Below, one piece after another: positions 13,920 through 25,476 of a stretch of 64,000 nt of DNA (its first letter is position 1; every line of letters starts with the position of its first letter). Made by a program: the position numbers and the translations under genes. This DNA comes from Macrostomum lignano (Eukaryota), in the NCBI GenBank assembly GCA_002269645.1, contig NIVC01001983.1, positions 62,001-126,000 on the forward strand, read 5' to 3'. The notes beneath the pieces are model-generated. The model saw only the letters and a list, made by a program, of their open reading frames with translations, ran no database searches and had not been told where the DNA came from.

Positions 13920-15115
13920 GACTGCTAGGATTAATTGAATTGATGCAGCAATCATAGAAGAAAAGACATTCTGCGAATAAAAAAATCAAGCAATTAAGAT
14001 AATAAACAAGCAATTGATAGGGTTCAAAAACGTTTCACTGGGTAGCTAGTATAGTTTATGCATATTTGTCAAAATGCTAATAATTAGAATCTATTATCAG
14101 ACTATTATCCTTGCCAAACCTACCACCTCCCATTTTTTCTAAATTATTTTTTGTTCAGTATAATAAAAATCCTTGACATTTAGTATTTTTTGGAATAAAA
14201 ATAATAAAGAAAGGAATATACTTCTATGACAAATGCTTAAAATTAGATTTTTATAGAAACAATAAACACAAAACATTCTTCAAAGCAATAGCTAACGGGT
14301 ACAATTTGTAGTCAAAAAGATCTACATGGTCCATGCCAAGGGGTCATTTTAAAAGTTGTTTACAAGTGGTCACAAGTAACCAATAGGTCTTAAATATTTC
14401 TATTAATCTTATTTAAAGATTATGATTATGATTATGATTATGATCATTATGATTAGTTTTTTGTGCTAATCATACTTAACTTGCACTGAAAAAAACTTTT
14501 TTCTATACTTTGGCAGCAATATTGTGCTTTTAATCATTGTTTCTATGATTCATTGGCTGTTTTGACATGGATTCTATGCACTGCACCAAGTGTTGCACAG
14601 TACTACATTATATTCCACTACACTGCCTTATAAAAAAATGCTTTGCATTACAGGGTCATTTTGAAAATATCTATCATTTTGAAAAAGCTATCTGCCATTT
14701 AGCCACTTCTCCAATAGGGACCTGTTCTATCATGCATCATTGCATTAGTTGATATTGTCCTAGTTATAGAGTTACTCAATTTATTTAATTTGACAACAAA
14801 ATATTTATAAATATCTGAAGTTATCTACAATATAGATAGTATAGACCTATCTGACACTGTTTAAGATATGCAATATTGGGCTTAGCATAGCTGTGTAGTA
14901 TGAGACAGATAAGGCTTATAAGCTAAGGTCTATAATCTTACACATTTGCACTCCCTTTATTCTAGTCCAAGAATATTAGGGGACCTCCCTCCAAGTTGAC
15001 TCTTAAGCTAACCCAAGGGTTCACATTTTGCATGTGTTCAAGGCAGCTTTAGAGCTACTAGACTGACTATTAGAGAATATATGCAATGGGGGTTACATAT
15101 ATATATATATATATA

Positions 15116-16667
15116 CAAGCTGTTGAAACCCGCGGATTTTGAACCCAGGGAACTCCATTCCCTGGAATTATTTTTGCTTTTATTTATTTTTTTTCTCTCA
15201 TCTCACTCTTCTCTACTCTCCTCTCTCATTGATCCTCTCTCTTATCTCTCCCCTCTTTTCTCTCCATCTTCTCACCTCTACTATTTCCTCTCCCTTCTCT
15301 CTCCCCTCCTCTCGCTTCTTTGTCCCATATTCTCTGCTCTCTCCTCAACCTCCTTGTATGTCTTTCCTGTTATCTTCTATCTTTTCTTTTATCCCCTCTC
15401 GCCCCTCCTCCCTTTCTAATAGTCTATTCCTTTTCCTTTTCACTCTCATCTGGCCCGTAGCCATGAGCTAGATTCTTTATCTGGCCTTTGAGATAAAAAT
15501 CTGCCAATCCCTGCTTCGAAAGCCAGTTTGTGGGACGTAATACTATCATGGTTGTTATCATTTCTCATGCTTTAATCACATCATCTTTCTGGTCAATTAG
15601 CAGCCCTAAGAGAAATTTGTATATCTCTAGCTCCACTACCACAGTCTGCAGCAGTCTAACAACCATGGAAATACGCATTTCTTAGGAGGCCATTTAAATT
15701 TTTAAAGTACCTTATGCGAATCTTAATGTTAAAATTTTTATGGTGTAACTAATTTAGTAGGATTGCATTGTAATCAGTTATTCTTATTCATTAATTATTT
15801 GATATTTTTACAAACCATCCCACATCGCCTTGATTTGCCATCCTTGTTTAACTGTGCAGACTTGTCTATTCAGAGGACAGTGGTTTGAAATTGAATCTCT
15901 AGCTAAACTCTCTCTTTTCCACGCCTCTCCACTCGCGGGGGTACAGAGAAGGCTATTAAAAAGTTATTCCAAAACACTGTACATTCGCTATGTACATTGA
16001 GCCCTACTGCTTGACCTTTTGTCTAGGCTGGGGGAATGAGTGAGTGAGTGGCACAAACAACAGAAAAAGTAGACAAACTTCACATGCTTATAGTTTCTGT
16101 CCTGATTAAGATACAGAGTTAAGACTTTACATTTAGATAGAGAATGAGTCAATAAAGAATTGTGTCAAATTTGAAGCCAATTGCCTCACATGGAGCAAAG
16201 TTATGGCAGCCGAAAGTTAGTCATTTTAAAACCTATTTACACCCTTTGCCCAGATCGGGAGAGGCAGGTGGGCGGAGGTTGGGGTGGCTGCCTCACTGGA
16301 AAAACAGCCTAACTTTAAAAGTGCACAGCGCCATTCAGGATTAACTTTGATACTCAAAATTTTACACAATTGTGTCAAAATAGTTGAAGACTGTTTGTGT
16401 AAAATTTGAAGAGAATAGGTAGAAATGAAGCAATGCTATGGAGGATTTAGTGAAAAAATTGCGTGTTTTGAGCAGTTTTTTGTACTTTTAGGTAGGAAGA
16501 CTTGAGTCTAGGAAATTTAAAGGTAGCCTAAGACATTCTCCGTAGTAAGTTTAGGGTGGGTATAAAGTTTGGTGTAATTTGGTTAAGCAGTTTGGGAGTC
16601 CATAGTGATCAAATTTTTACACAGCCACATAGACACACAGACAGAGTTTTGATTTTTATAGGTAGAT
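15116..16667. mobile_element. Putative non-autonomous element (possibly Helitron-like) sitting in a (TA)n tract
   Basis: (TA)n on both sides. Starts CAAGCTGTTGAAACCCGCGG and ends CAGACAGAG...TTTTTATAGGTAGAT, with an internal CT-rich tract. The superfamily assignment is inference only. Confidence 0.35.
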
Positions 16668-18572
16668 ATATATATATATATATATATATGTCTATCTTCT
16701 TTACATAGTCATCTATTTGCTTACACAATATTGCATAAACTGTATAATTATAATACACATGATTCATATTATTTTATAGCTCTACTACCAACTAAGTCCT
16801 GGCTAATTCCAATTTTGTTGGAATTATCCTTTCATACAATTACTACTATACTACTATAGATTATATATTTGACTATATTATATGTACACATGTACTTATG
16901 CTAATAGCAAGGGGTAACTAGATTTATCACTATTTCAAATTAATGACTTGTAGATGAAAGGGCAGCAGACAAACTGGCAACAGACAAAATGACTACCAAC
17001 CTTATAAATAGCCTATCTTTTTGCCAAACCTGGGTGTTTTTTTTTCGCCAGAGACAAGGTGCGAAATCGCACCTTATGCCAAATTTCAAGGTGCAATTTT
17101 AAGGCTTAGAGTGCAATTTCTCTTGAGTCTTGTTTCAGACAACTGGGAATGTATATTTTAATATCTTACATAAGGCTTTAGCCATAGGCTATATCGCCTA
17201 TATGACTTAATAGGATTTAAAAAGTTATTTTGTTTCATATTTTAAGGCAGTGCATGAAAAATAGCTTAAGCATGGTTAAGCCTTTAAAGAAAAATGGTTA
17301 TAAGACTAATAAGACTAAGATAAGATATAAGACTAAGTTCTAATTCTAACTTAACTAGCTTAGCCGCCTAGCTAGGCCTATTTAACTTTGATAAGAGTTC
17401 CATCCATTTTAACTTTGTTTACTATTTAATTGACTAATACATTTACTAATTTTAAAAGAAGCTTTGAGCATAAAACAAGGGTAGCCCATAGCTGATAGTT
17501 TGAACCATTGGAAAAGCACGATTGATAATATTGTAAGTCTTGTCATGTCATTGACTTGACATTGATCAATTATCTTGATACTTATGCCGCGATTAAATCA
17601 GATTAACGTCTTTCCTAAAAAGGTTTTTAAACTCACGCGGAACTGTGATGTCATAATTTGGCCATTAAAACATTTTGACTAGATATGTTGTCAATGATCA
17701 CTAATTTATAAATACAAAGAATTTATGTTCAATGATCTGCTCCCTCCTGTACACCGATTTTTACAGTGATTTATTGGTGAATCAGTAATAATGTAATTAT
17801 TACTATTTATTGAAACTACACATAGTAGTAATTATGCGTTAGTAATTTATAGTTTATCACACGTCCCTCGACAGTTCCCGCGTCAAGTAAATTGTATTTT
17901 TTCTAATTCAACGAGAGCCATTTCAATTTTTTATCGACTGACGACTATGTATTCCAAATGAACTCGAGTAGAATGACAGGAAACTTCATTTCTTAAAATA
18001 AATGGTTCTGGGCAATGAACTAGCGAGGGGGCTAGGCCATCTACAAATGTTTCATTTTTGAAACAAAATAGCGATAATTTCTTATGCAACTCACACCAGA
18101 GCAGAGATACTTCAACACGAGACGCAGGAATTCTCTAACTTCTTTTTATAGTGCCGTATCTAGACACTCGTTTTAGCGCAGCGAACACTTATTTTGGCGA
18201 GCTACAGCAAAAATCCGCATTTCCATGTTCTGTGTAATAGTTTGTTTTTGTCAATAAAGCTTTTGAAAGTTTCCAAGTCCAAGACGAAAGCATTAATTGG
18301 AATGACCCCATAGAGCTTTTACGAGGGCATCGTAGTCTAGCGGGTGCATCGATCGAGGATTGAGGAAAAGACCGCCCCACCCATCCCGCTGACCCGCTAT
18401 AGCCCGGCCTGGTTACTGGGAGGGGGACATATTATACCCCTCTGTTCTCCAGGTGAGGATGCCCCTATCTACTGTAGCTGAAGTCATCCCACAAATCTAG
18501 ACGTTAGACGCTAGGTATAAAATAATATACACATGTAATACAACAACAACAACTACTACTACAACAACAACA

Positions 18573-18664
18573 CCCTCTGGGCTTTACGCCTAGACTGCGG
18601 GCTTCCCGCAGCTCCTACTCGGCGCCGCGTTTTCGTCGCGGAGGGGACCCTTTTCCGAGCGCCG
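18573..18664 (+). ncRNA. Candidate HDV-like self-cleaving ribozyme at the LINE 5' end
   Basis: By-eye fold: P1 CCCUCU 18573-78 with GGAGGG 18640-45; P2 CGGCGC 18620-25 with GCGCCG 18659-64; P3 GCG 18627-29 with CGC 18637-39; L3 UUUUCGU; J4/2 CCGA 18655-58. J1/2 holds two hairpins and P4 is minimal or absent. Activity is untested. Confidence 0.55.
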
Positions 18665-18677
18665 TAAATCGGACACC

Positions 18678-21600
18678 ATGTCCCACGTGCAACTGTTGCT
18701 TTTGTGTTTCGCGATTTTCTCCAGCATGGTGTACCTTGGTTGCGACACCGGAAACGCTGGCAGCGAGGCACGCCGGCTCTCCACGCTCCTGCTCAGGGCT
18801 GGTGACATCGAGCCGAACCCAGGTCTAGGCCCGACTCATATTTGTGGGCGGCGTGAGTGTGGTCGCCCCCTCCGAGGGAGATCCCTCCACTGCCATCCAT
18901 GCGGGCAAGACTTTCACCTCCAACGTGGCTGTTCCGGCCTCAGCCGCTGGGCGGCCGACAAAAAGATCGGTTCTCCCGACTGGCGCTGCCCAAATTGCTC
19001 GGGCGGCCCTGACACCAATCCCGGCAACCAGGCCACAGGATCACCAGAGGAACCTGCTGATGGCGCCATCCGTGGATACGGCAGACGTGAAGAGCTCCTC
19101 CGTCGCCTCCGCGAAGAAAAACCTAAGTGCGCCCACCGTAACAAACCCGTCAGGGTCAGCTCCGTCATCGCCTGCTGTAATACCTGTGAAGGTTTCTTCC
19201 ACAATGCGTGCACGGCTGCGAAACGGGAGCAGATCAAACGCGAAGTCAGCCGAGGTCTCTGGAGATGCATCTGCTGCTCTAATGCTACCCGCCGGCCTAG
19301 CCCGACATCTCCGTCACAAGATGACCCCTCTGAACCCCTAAGACACCACCCGCGCATCCTGTCCGGCTGGAACAAAGCCAAGCCGAACCTTAGAATTATC
19401 CAATGGAATGCGGACGTTATCTCGAACAAGATCGGAGAGCTCGAAGAGCTTGCTCACAGGGTCAAAGCTGATATCATCACTGTCCAAGAAAGTAAGCTTA
19501 CGTCGTTCCACAAGACTCCCAAACTGCCAGGGTTCGCTGTGATCCGCAAAGACCAAAAGTTGAGAGGCGCGACCCCAACATCAAAGGAGGCGGCCTCCTG
19601 TGCTACATTCGGCAAGGCATTCCATTTCGTAAACTCCGGGGATGGACAGGCGGCACCACTGAAGGATGTCGCTTTGTCATCAATGACTCTGCCAGAAACA
19701 AGCTGATCATCTCCAATATCTACCGCCCCCCATCCGGCGTGTGGAGGGCGAAGACCACCGGGAGCACCCGAGCGTGGAAGACTGGCTCAAATGTCACAAA
19801 CGCGAGCTCATCACTGGGGATCTGAATCTCCACCACCCAGCTTGGGGCAGCGAGGGAGACCAAGGCAGAGACAGCGCTGCTCAATGCAGATGCCTCCTTG
19901 ACTGGTGCTCCACCTCTCAGTACCGCATTCTAAACACTGGTGAACACACCTGTGTCGACCGCCACTCCGGTCGTACCAGTGCCCCCGACCTCACCATTGC
20001 CAGCGGCGGACTTGCCTCCCAGTGCACCTGGACTGTTTTAAATGAACTTGGCTCCGATCACAAACCCATCCTTGTGACGCTGCAAGCGCCCCGGAACACC
20101 CTTGCCGAGCTCAATCAGTTCCACTGGTCCTGGAAGAAAGCTGACTGGCCCGCCTACAGGTCCCTGCTCGGAGCGGCCGATACCAATCTAAACCGCGGTA
20201 CCATTAAGCAGCAAGTCAACCGCCTTTGCAACGGCATGCTGACTGCCGCCTCTGCCGCTATTCCGAAAAAGAAGGTCTCTAAGAAGAATAAGCCGTATTG
20301 GGACGAGGAACTGAACGAACTCAGTAATACCCGGAACCAGCTCCGTGAGTCTGGCGCCCCGCCCGACCTCTGGAGGGAAAAAAGCCTTGAACTCAGCAAG
20401 CTCTGCGCCGACAAGAAAAGCGCTTTCTGGAAGGAGTACGTGCACAAACTGTCAAAATCCTCCGACTCCAAACAGACCTGGAGAACCATCAAGTGCCTCA
20501 ACAACGGAAGGCAAGGGTCGAACCCCAATGAAATTCTGGTTGTTGACGGACGCGAACTTTGCACCGACAAGGACAAGGCGAACGCCTTCGGCCGCTACTA
20601 CAAAGACATCAGCTCCCTTCACCACGACGCTGCTGACCGCAAGTTTAAGGTCAACACAGCCAACAGGCTAGCTAATTACCACTCCGACGATCTCAACTAC
20701 CACCGTCCTTTCACTACAGGAGAGCTGCGGAGGGCCATCGATAAACTCGATCCTAGCAAAAAATGCGGCCCCGACGGCATCGAGGCTGCCTTCTTCATTA
20801 ATCTCCCTGATTCCTGGCTTAACGCCTGGCTGAAAATCTTCAATCGCTGCTGGAGCATCGGCCATTGCCCAGGAGCCTGGAAAAAGGCCGTCATCATCCC
20901 GCTGCTGAAGGACGGAAAAGACCCCAAAGAGTGTGGAAGCTACCGCCCCGTCAGCCTCACCTCTATCTGTTGTAAAATCCTGGAGAGGCTGATCCTGGAC
21001 CGCCTCTTTCACTGGGTGGAGTAACACAATAAAATCCTTCCCTGGCAAGCCGGTTTCCAACGCGGCCGTAGCTGTGAGGAGCAAGTGGCCCGGCTGGTCC
21101 AGGCCATCCAGGACGGCTGGGAACAGTCTCCGTACCTGAAGACCCTAGCAGTTCTGATCGACCTCTCGCGCGCTTTCGACCGCGTCTGTAGGACCCTGCT
21201 CATCTCCCGCCTGATAGATGAAGGCCTGCCGGCCTGTATGGTGAGATGGTTTGCCAGCTTCCTGGAGGGCAGGCAGATTGCGGTCCGCATTGGGAGCACC
21301 ATCGGAAAATGGCGCAGGCTCAGGGAGGGCGTCCCGCAAGGCGCCGTCAGCTCCCCGGTCCTGTTCCTTCTTTACATCAACGCCTGGGCTGACCACATCG
21401 TCCAAGATGTCGATTACAGTGGATACGCGGACGACCTCGCCATCTGGGCCTCCGGCAGAAACATCACAGATGTCCGTGAACGCATTCAAAGGGCCCTCCG
21501 CCTCATCGAAAAGTGGGCCAAAAATCTTCGCATCGAGCTCAACCCGTCGAAGACTGAATATTGTCTGTTCTCCCGTAACCGAGCCGATCGCGACACCACC

Positions 21601-23076
21601 GTTGAACTCTCGATGCTTGGCCGTCCTATTCCCAGCAAGCTGGCGCTGAAGTTCATCGGGGTCTGGATTGACCGCGGTCTTCTTTTCGACAAACACCTGA
21701 GCGAAATCAAGAACAAAATGCTCCGTCGAACCGCCATCATCAAAGCTTTAGCAAACCGGGAATGGGGATGGGATCGCCTCCTCCTGATCAAAGTCTACCG
21801 TGCTCTGGTCGAGTCGGTGATCTGGCATGCAGCATCGGCCTGGACGCCCTGGCTGTCCAAGACTCGCCTGGATGAGCTCGACCGCGCCCAAAGGGAGGCG
21901 CTGCGCACCATCACCGGCCTGCCACGATCGACCCCCACGGAAGCTATTTACCTGGAAGCTCAGGTCGACCCCATCAGCGTTGAGGCCCACAGGCGCGCTC
22001 TGCTCACCTACGAGAAAGCCATCCGTCGCCCTCTCAGCGACCCGTTTCGCAAGATCTGCGAAAGGCACTCGAACGTCCGACTTGCGGCTAACAGAGGCCT
22101 GCGCGAACAAGCGAGGCGCATCTGCGACTCCATGATGCCGCTCCCGCGCATGTCCTTCCACCTTACCCGACAGCCACCCTGGGCCTCTCTTGTAGACCAG
22201 GGCATCGACTGTTTCACCAACCTGCCAGACCTGGGAGCCACTCCGACCGAAAAAATTTTTGCAGCTATTGAGCAACGCTGCCCAGGTTCCTGCACCTACT
22301 ACACCGATGGCTCGGCCACCGGAGGGGTCGAAAACGGCGGAGCCGCATGGATCCTCCTCGACCAAAAAAGCACCATCCGTCGCCGCCGGCACGCAGCAGC
22401 GGGTCGCTGGTGCAACTCCTATGAAGCCGAATTAATGGCCATCAAGCTCGCCCTGGAAGACATTATCAGCTCCGAGCCGCGCCAAGCCCTCATTTTAACC
22501 GACAGCCAGAGCGCCATCGCCGCCATCAAAGCTGACCGTCCAACCCTCAACCTGCGGCTTGAGCAAGTTAAAGATCTCCTCGCTAACGCAGCCATGCACA
22601 CGAAGATTACCCTGAAATGGGTTCCGGGACATTCGGGAGTGCCCGGTAACGAACTGGTCGACGCAGAGGCCAAGCTCGCGGCCACCCTGCCTCAGGACGA
22701 GTCCGAAATATCCCTTGCAGCCGCTAAAGAGCGCATCCGTCATCATCTCAAGTACCGCCCAACCCTTCAGGGGCACATGGCCGAGGTCTACGGTAAACCG
22801 ATCTCCTTCCATCAGGGACCACACCGTCAACAAATCCTCGTGGCGCAGGTCGGAGCAGGCCACTGCCCAGACCCCAACTACTATCGCAACCGCACAGGCA
22901 TCACCGAAGGCGGCCCCTGCCGACTTTGCCTGGATGTCCCGGACCAATTTCACTTCTGGACCTGCCCTAAGCTCGAAGCAATTCGACAAAACATTGGCGT
23001 CACTAATCTAAGCGACTTTGCACGTGGTGATATGGTGGCGCAGCTCCTGAGAGCCGTCGACTGGCGGCCCCTGTGA
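18678..23076 (+). pseudogene. Disrupted LINE polyprotein (signal peptide, 2A-like, 2x PHD, APE endonuclease, RT, RNase H, CCHC)
   Basis: APE motifs IIQWNA, QESKL, GGGLLCYIR (shifted frame), NIYRPP, GDLNLHH, PDLT, SDHKP. RT motifs GPDGI, YRPVSLTS, QAGF, DLSRAFD, GVPQGAVSSP, YADD. RNase H motifs YTDGS, SYEAEL, TDSQS, WVPGH, GNELVD. Frameshifts near 19555-19585 and 19738; in-frame TAA at 21022-21024. Confidence 0.92.
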
Positions 23077-23088
23077 GATGCTTACCGC

Positions 23089-23090
<2 letters not shown>

Positions 23091-23154
<64 letters not shown>
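23091..23154. repeat. (ACA)n microsatellite shared as the 3' end of the Ingi-like LINE (+) and the tail of an RTE fragment (-)
   Basis: About 21 perfect trinucleotide units between two oppositely oriented 3' ends. Confidence 0.95.
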
Positions 23155-23560
23155 AATATATAGCCCCGCATATATGGTCACAGTCAGAGCAGGGCGCGTC
23201 AGATGGCGCGCCGCAGAGCCTGAAAGCGGACGAAGTGCGCCCCGTTAATATGGTACCCCAGCGTCGCATAGCAGGCAGTCCACATGTCGACGGGTTCGGT
23301 CAAACCCCGCCTGACCGGTCCCTGCAAGGTGAGCAGCAGGACGTCCTAAACAGGTTGGGGGCAGTAGTCCTCGGCCCGGATAACGCGACCCGCCAGTTGA
23401 AGTCGCAGCCGGGGCAAGATGATGCACGGGCGCTGCAGCTTGGCCCGATCGTACAGGGCCTCGGTCCCGACGCTCTCGTCAGCTCGAAAAGCCGCATGCA
23501 CGGAGCAGCCCTGAGTGCGCCGAGTCCAACTGCCGCTCTGGCGTAGCCGTCAGCGTTCAC
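23155..23560 (-). mobile_element. 5'-truncated, degenerate RTE-type LINE 3' fragment
   Basis: Minus-strand RRHVDCLLCDAGVP resembles RRFVDCLLADAGAP of the copy at 25095-25476. The two share the plus-strand 3' UTR motif CAGTCAGA..CAGGGCGCGT next to a (CAA)n tract. Confidence 0.65.
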
Positions 23561-23574
23561 GTCTCTATACAAAA

Positions 23575-23912
23575 ATAATATTAATATTAAATAATAATAA
23601 TATGTAATAACTGAATACACCTGCTCTTATAGGCAGATGTGCAACCAACAGCTCAGCCGCAGCTATTGCGCGGCGCATCTGAAGGCTGCGTACGGCTGTT
23701 CAGTCCAAGGACTGGGGGGCGCCACACACACCCTCAATTACTGTACACCAGCTAATGCTGGCACCCATGCATTTTGCAGCTGGGTGAACTGAAGCAATGC
23801 AGAGTTAAATGTCTTACTCAGTACACCAGTTGTTCCGAGTAAGGTCGAGAATCGAACCCCCGACCTTTAAGTCGTGAGTCCGACGCTCTAACCATGCTGG
23901 GCCACAAACTCC
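23575..23912 (-). mobile_element. tRNA-derived SINE with a Nin/Deu-like central domain
   Basis: Minus-strand A box TGGCCCAGCATGG and B box GGTTCGATTC, then GAGTAAGACATTTAACTCTGCATTGCTTCAGTTCACCCAGCTGCAAAATG (Nin/Deu-like core by recollection) and an AT-rich (TTA)-type tail near 23575-23610. Confidence 0.75.
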
Positions 23913-25094
23913 TCTGTTAGGCATGACCGGCCTATATCACCTGTTATAGGTATACATTAGGAAGCTAGGATCTCGGTCGCCGATTACAGCACTCGGTATG
24001 TACACTGTAGAATGGCTTGTACAAAATTTTCGGCGTCTATATTTAGACTTAAATCCAAACGCAGTGGATTAGCTTAGCTAATACTGCACAAGCACAGTTC
24101 TACAGGGTACATGCTCGAATTGAGACCAGTGCTGAGTACTAAGGATTGATTGATATGCTAAGTGTAAAGGATACTCGCGCAGACAACAACAGGACAGCTA
24201 GAGAACTTACGATCATAGAGCTGTCTATTGATTTTATGGAACAGTTAAACGCAAAGCAAATACTTTAACAGGCGAAAATACTGTGACCTCGGATCGAGGG
24301 CGCCGATTTATAGGCGTCCCAAGCTCGCACGAGTTCATCGGTACAGGAGGCCGCGCGGCCATGCAGTCAATTGCGCAGCAAATCGAACCCCTCATTTTTG
24401 GAATGGAGGGGCAGCTGGATTTCACGGTCGATTGGACTTGCTCGAACGTTGAGCTATTAATTTTTCTCTCTATGTATATGTGCTTGTACGAGTATAATAT
24501 AGAAATTTTGAGCGAATCACTGCGCTTAGCCCAATCGGAGCTAATCTTAGTAAAACAATGATCGCGACGTTGCGTTTCGCTTGAAGAGCCACCAATTTAA
24601 AAAAAGCAATATTCATTCTTGAAAATATTAATTTGCGAGTACATTATTAATGATAGCTGGAATGTAGCTCGAAAATGGTAAATTTGAATTTTTAAGCCCT
24701 AGCTACATCATCAGCTCTACGAGTATGCGTTCTCACGCAGCCAGCTGTGCTACTTAGCAAACCTTACAAATTTTAATTTGATACGTTTTCGCTGAGCGCC
24801 AATTGGAGTTTATGCTCGATAAGAATAAACCATACCTGGTGGCTGCAGCAATTAATTTTTTAATTTCATAGCTGATTAACGCTAGATACTCAGCCATGCA
24901 GAGACAAACTGTTTGCCTAGCAATTATATACACAATGCTCCAGTATGGCTAATTGCGTATTTGCAAATCGTTTAACGAAATCTTTTCGTAGAAATCTTTT
25001 ACAAAACAAAATGCAGATAGAAATTGCATAACAAGTTCCGTCGTAACTTACTTGTACTGTAAATATCACAGTAATAATTGTAACAAGCCAACAA

Positions 25095-25476
25095 CAACAA
25101 CAACAGAATACAGTCAGACTCACAGGGCGCGTTAGCAGTCGGACTCACATGCAGGGCGCGCTTCAAGGCCAGCAGGTCGCGAATGAACGCCACGCCGCCG
25201 GCCGAATCCGGGGCGCCGGCGTCAGCCAGCAGGCAGTCGACGAAACGCCGAGTGCGCGCCTGCCCCCGCCAGTACGAGTAGGGTTCCTGCAGCGTTAGCA
25301 GCAGCACCTCCTGCACCGGCTCTGGCCAGTGCGACTCGGCGCAGATGATGTGGCCTGCCAGCTGGAGTCGCCGACGGCGCAACAGGTCGCTTGGACGAAG
25401 CAGGCCGGCGCGGCGATACAAAGCCGCGTTGGCCACTCGCTCGTAGCTGATCTTGAAGGCGGCACGCAGCAGGGAC
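25095..25476 (-). mobile_element. 5'-truncated RTE-clade LINE with (GTT)n tail and 14-bp TSD
   Basis: Encodes the RT C-terminus ANAALYRRAGLLRPSDLLRRRRLQLAGHIICAESHWPEPVQEVLL. Identical TAACAAGCCAACAA at 25081-25094 and 25477-25490. Confidence 0.85.

Larger units (their letters stand above)
18573..23090 (+). mobile_element. Full-length Ingi-like (I-group) non-LTR retrotransposon flanked by (ACA)n
   Basis: Starts CCCTCTGGG directly after (ACA)n (18540-18572). 105-nt 5' UTR, single-ORF layout with 2A-like motif, PHD, PHD, APE, RT, RNase H and CCHC, a 3' UTR of about 14 nt, then (ACA)n 23091-23154. A single ORF with 2A-like motif, PHD and RNase H matches the described Ingi clade. Confidence 0.9.

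Noticed and set aside
18380-18520. Hairpin-rich segment left of the LINE as a hammerhead ribozyme or Helitron end
   Set aside because: No CUGANGA/GAAA core, and the CTAG plus hairpin arrangement was not convincing.
18559-23546. Many overlapping alternative-frame and antisense ORFs within the LINE
   Set aside because: Expected shadows of a GC-rich coding sequence; only the frames carrying PHD, APE, RT and RNase H motifs are supported.
18526-23579. TATACACATGTAATA (18526) and TATACAAAAATAATA (23565) as the TSD of the first RTE fragment
   Set aside because: Four mismatches in 15 nt of AT-rich sequence is compatible with chance, and the right copy overlaps the SINE tail.
23840-23912. Possible tRNA gene
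   Set aside because: A and B boxes are present but I found no convincing acceptor-stem closure, and it continues into a SINE core and tail.
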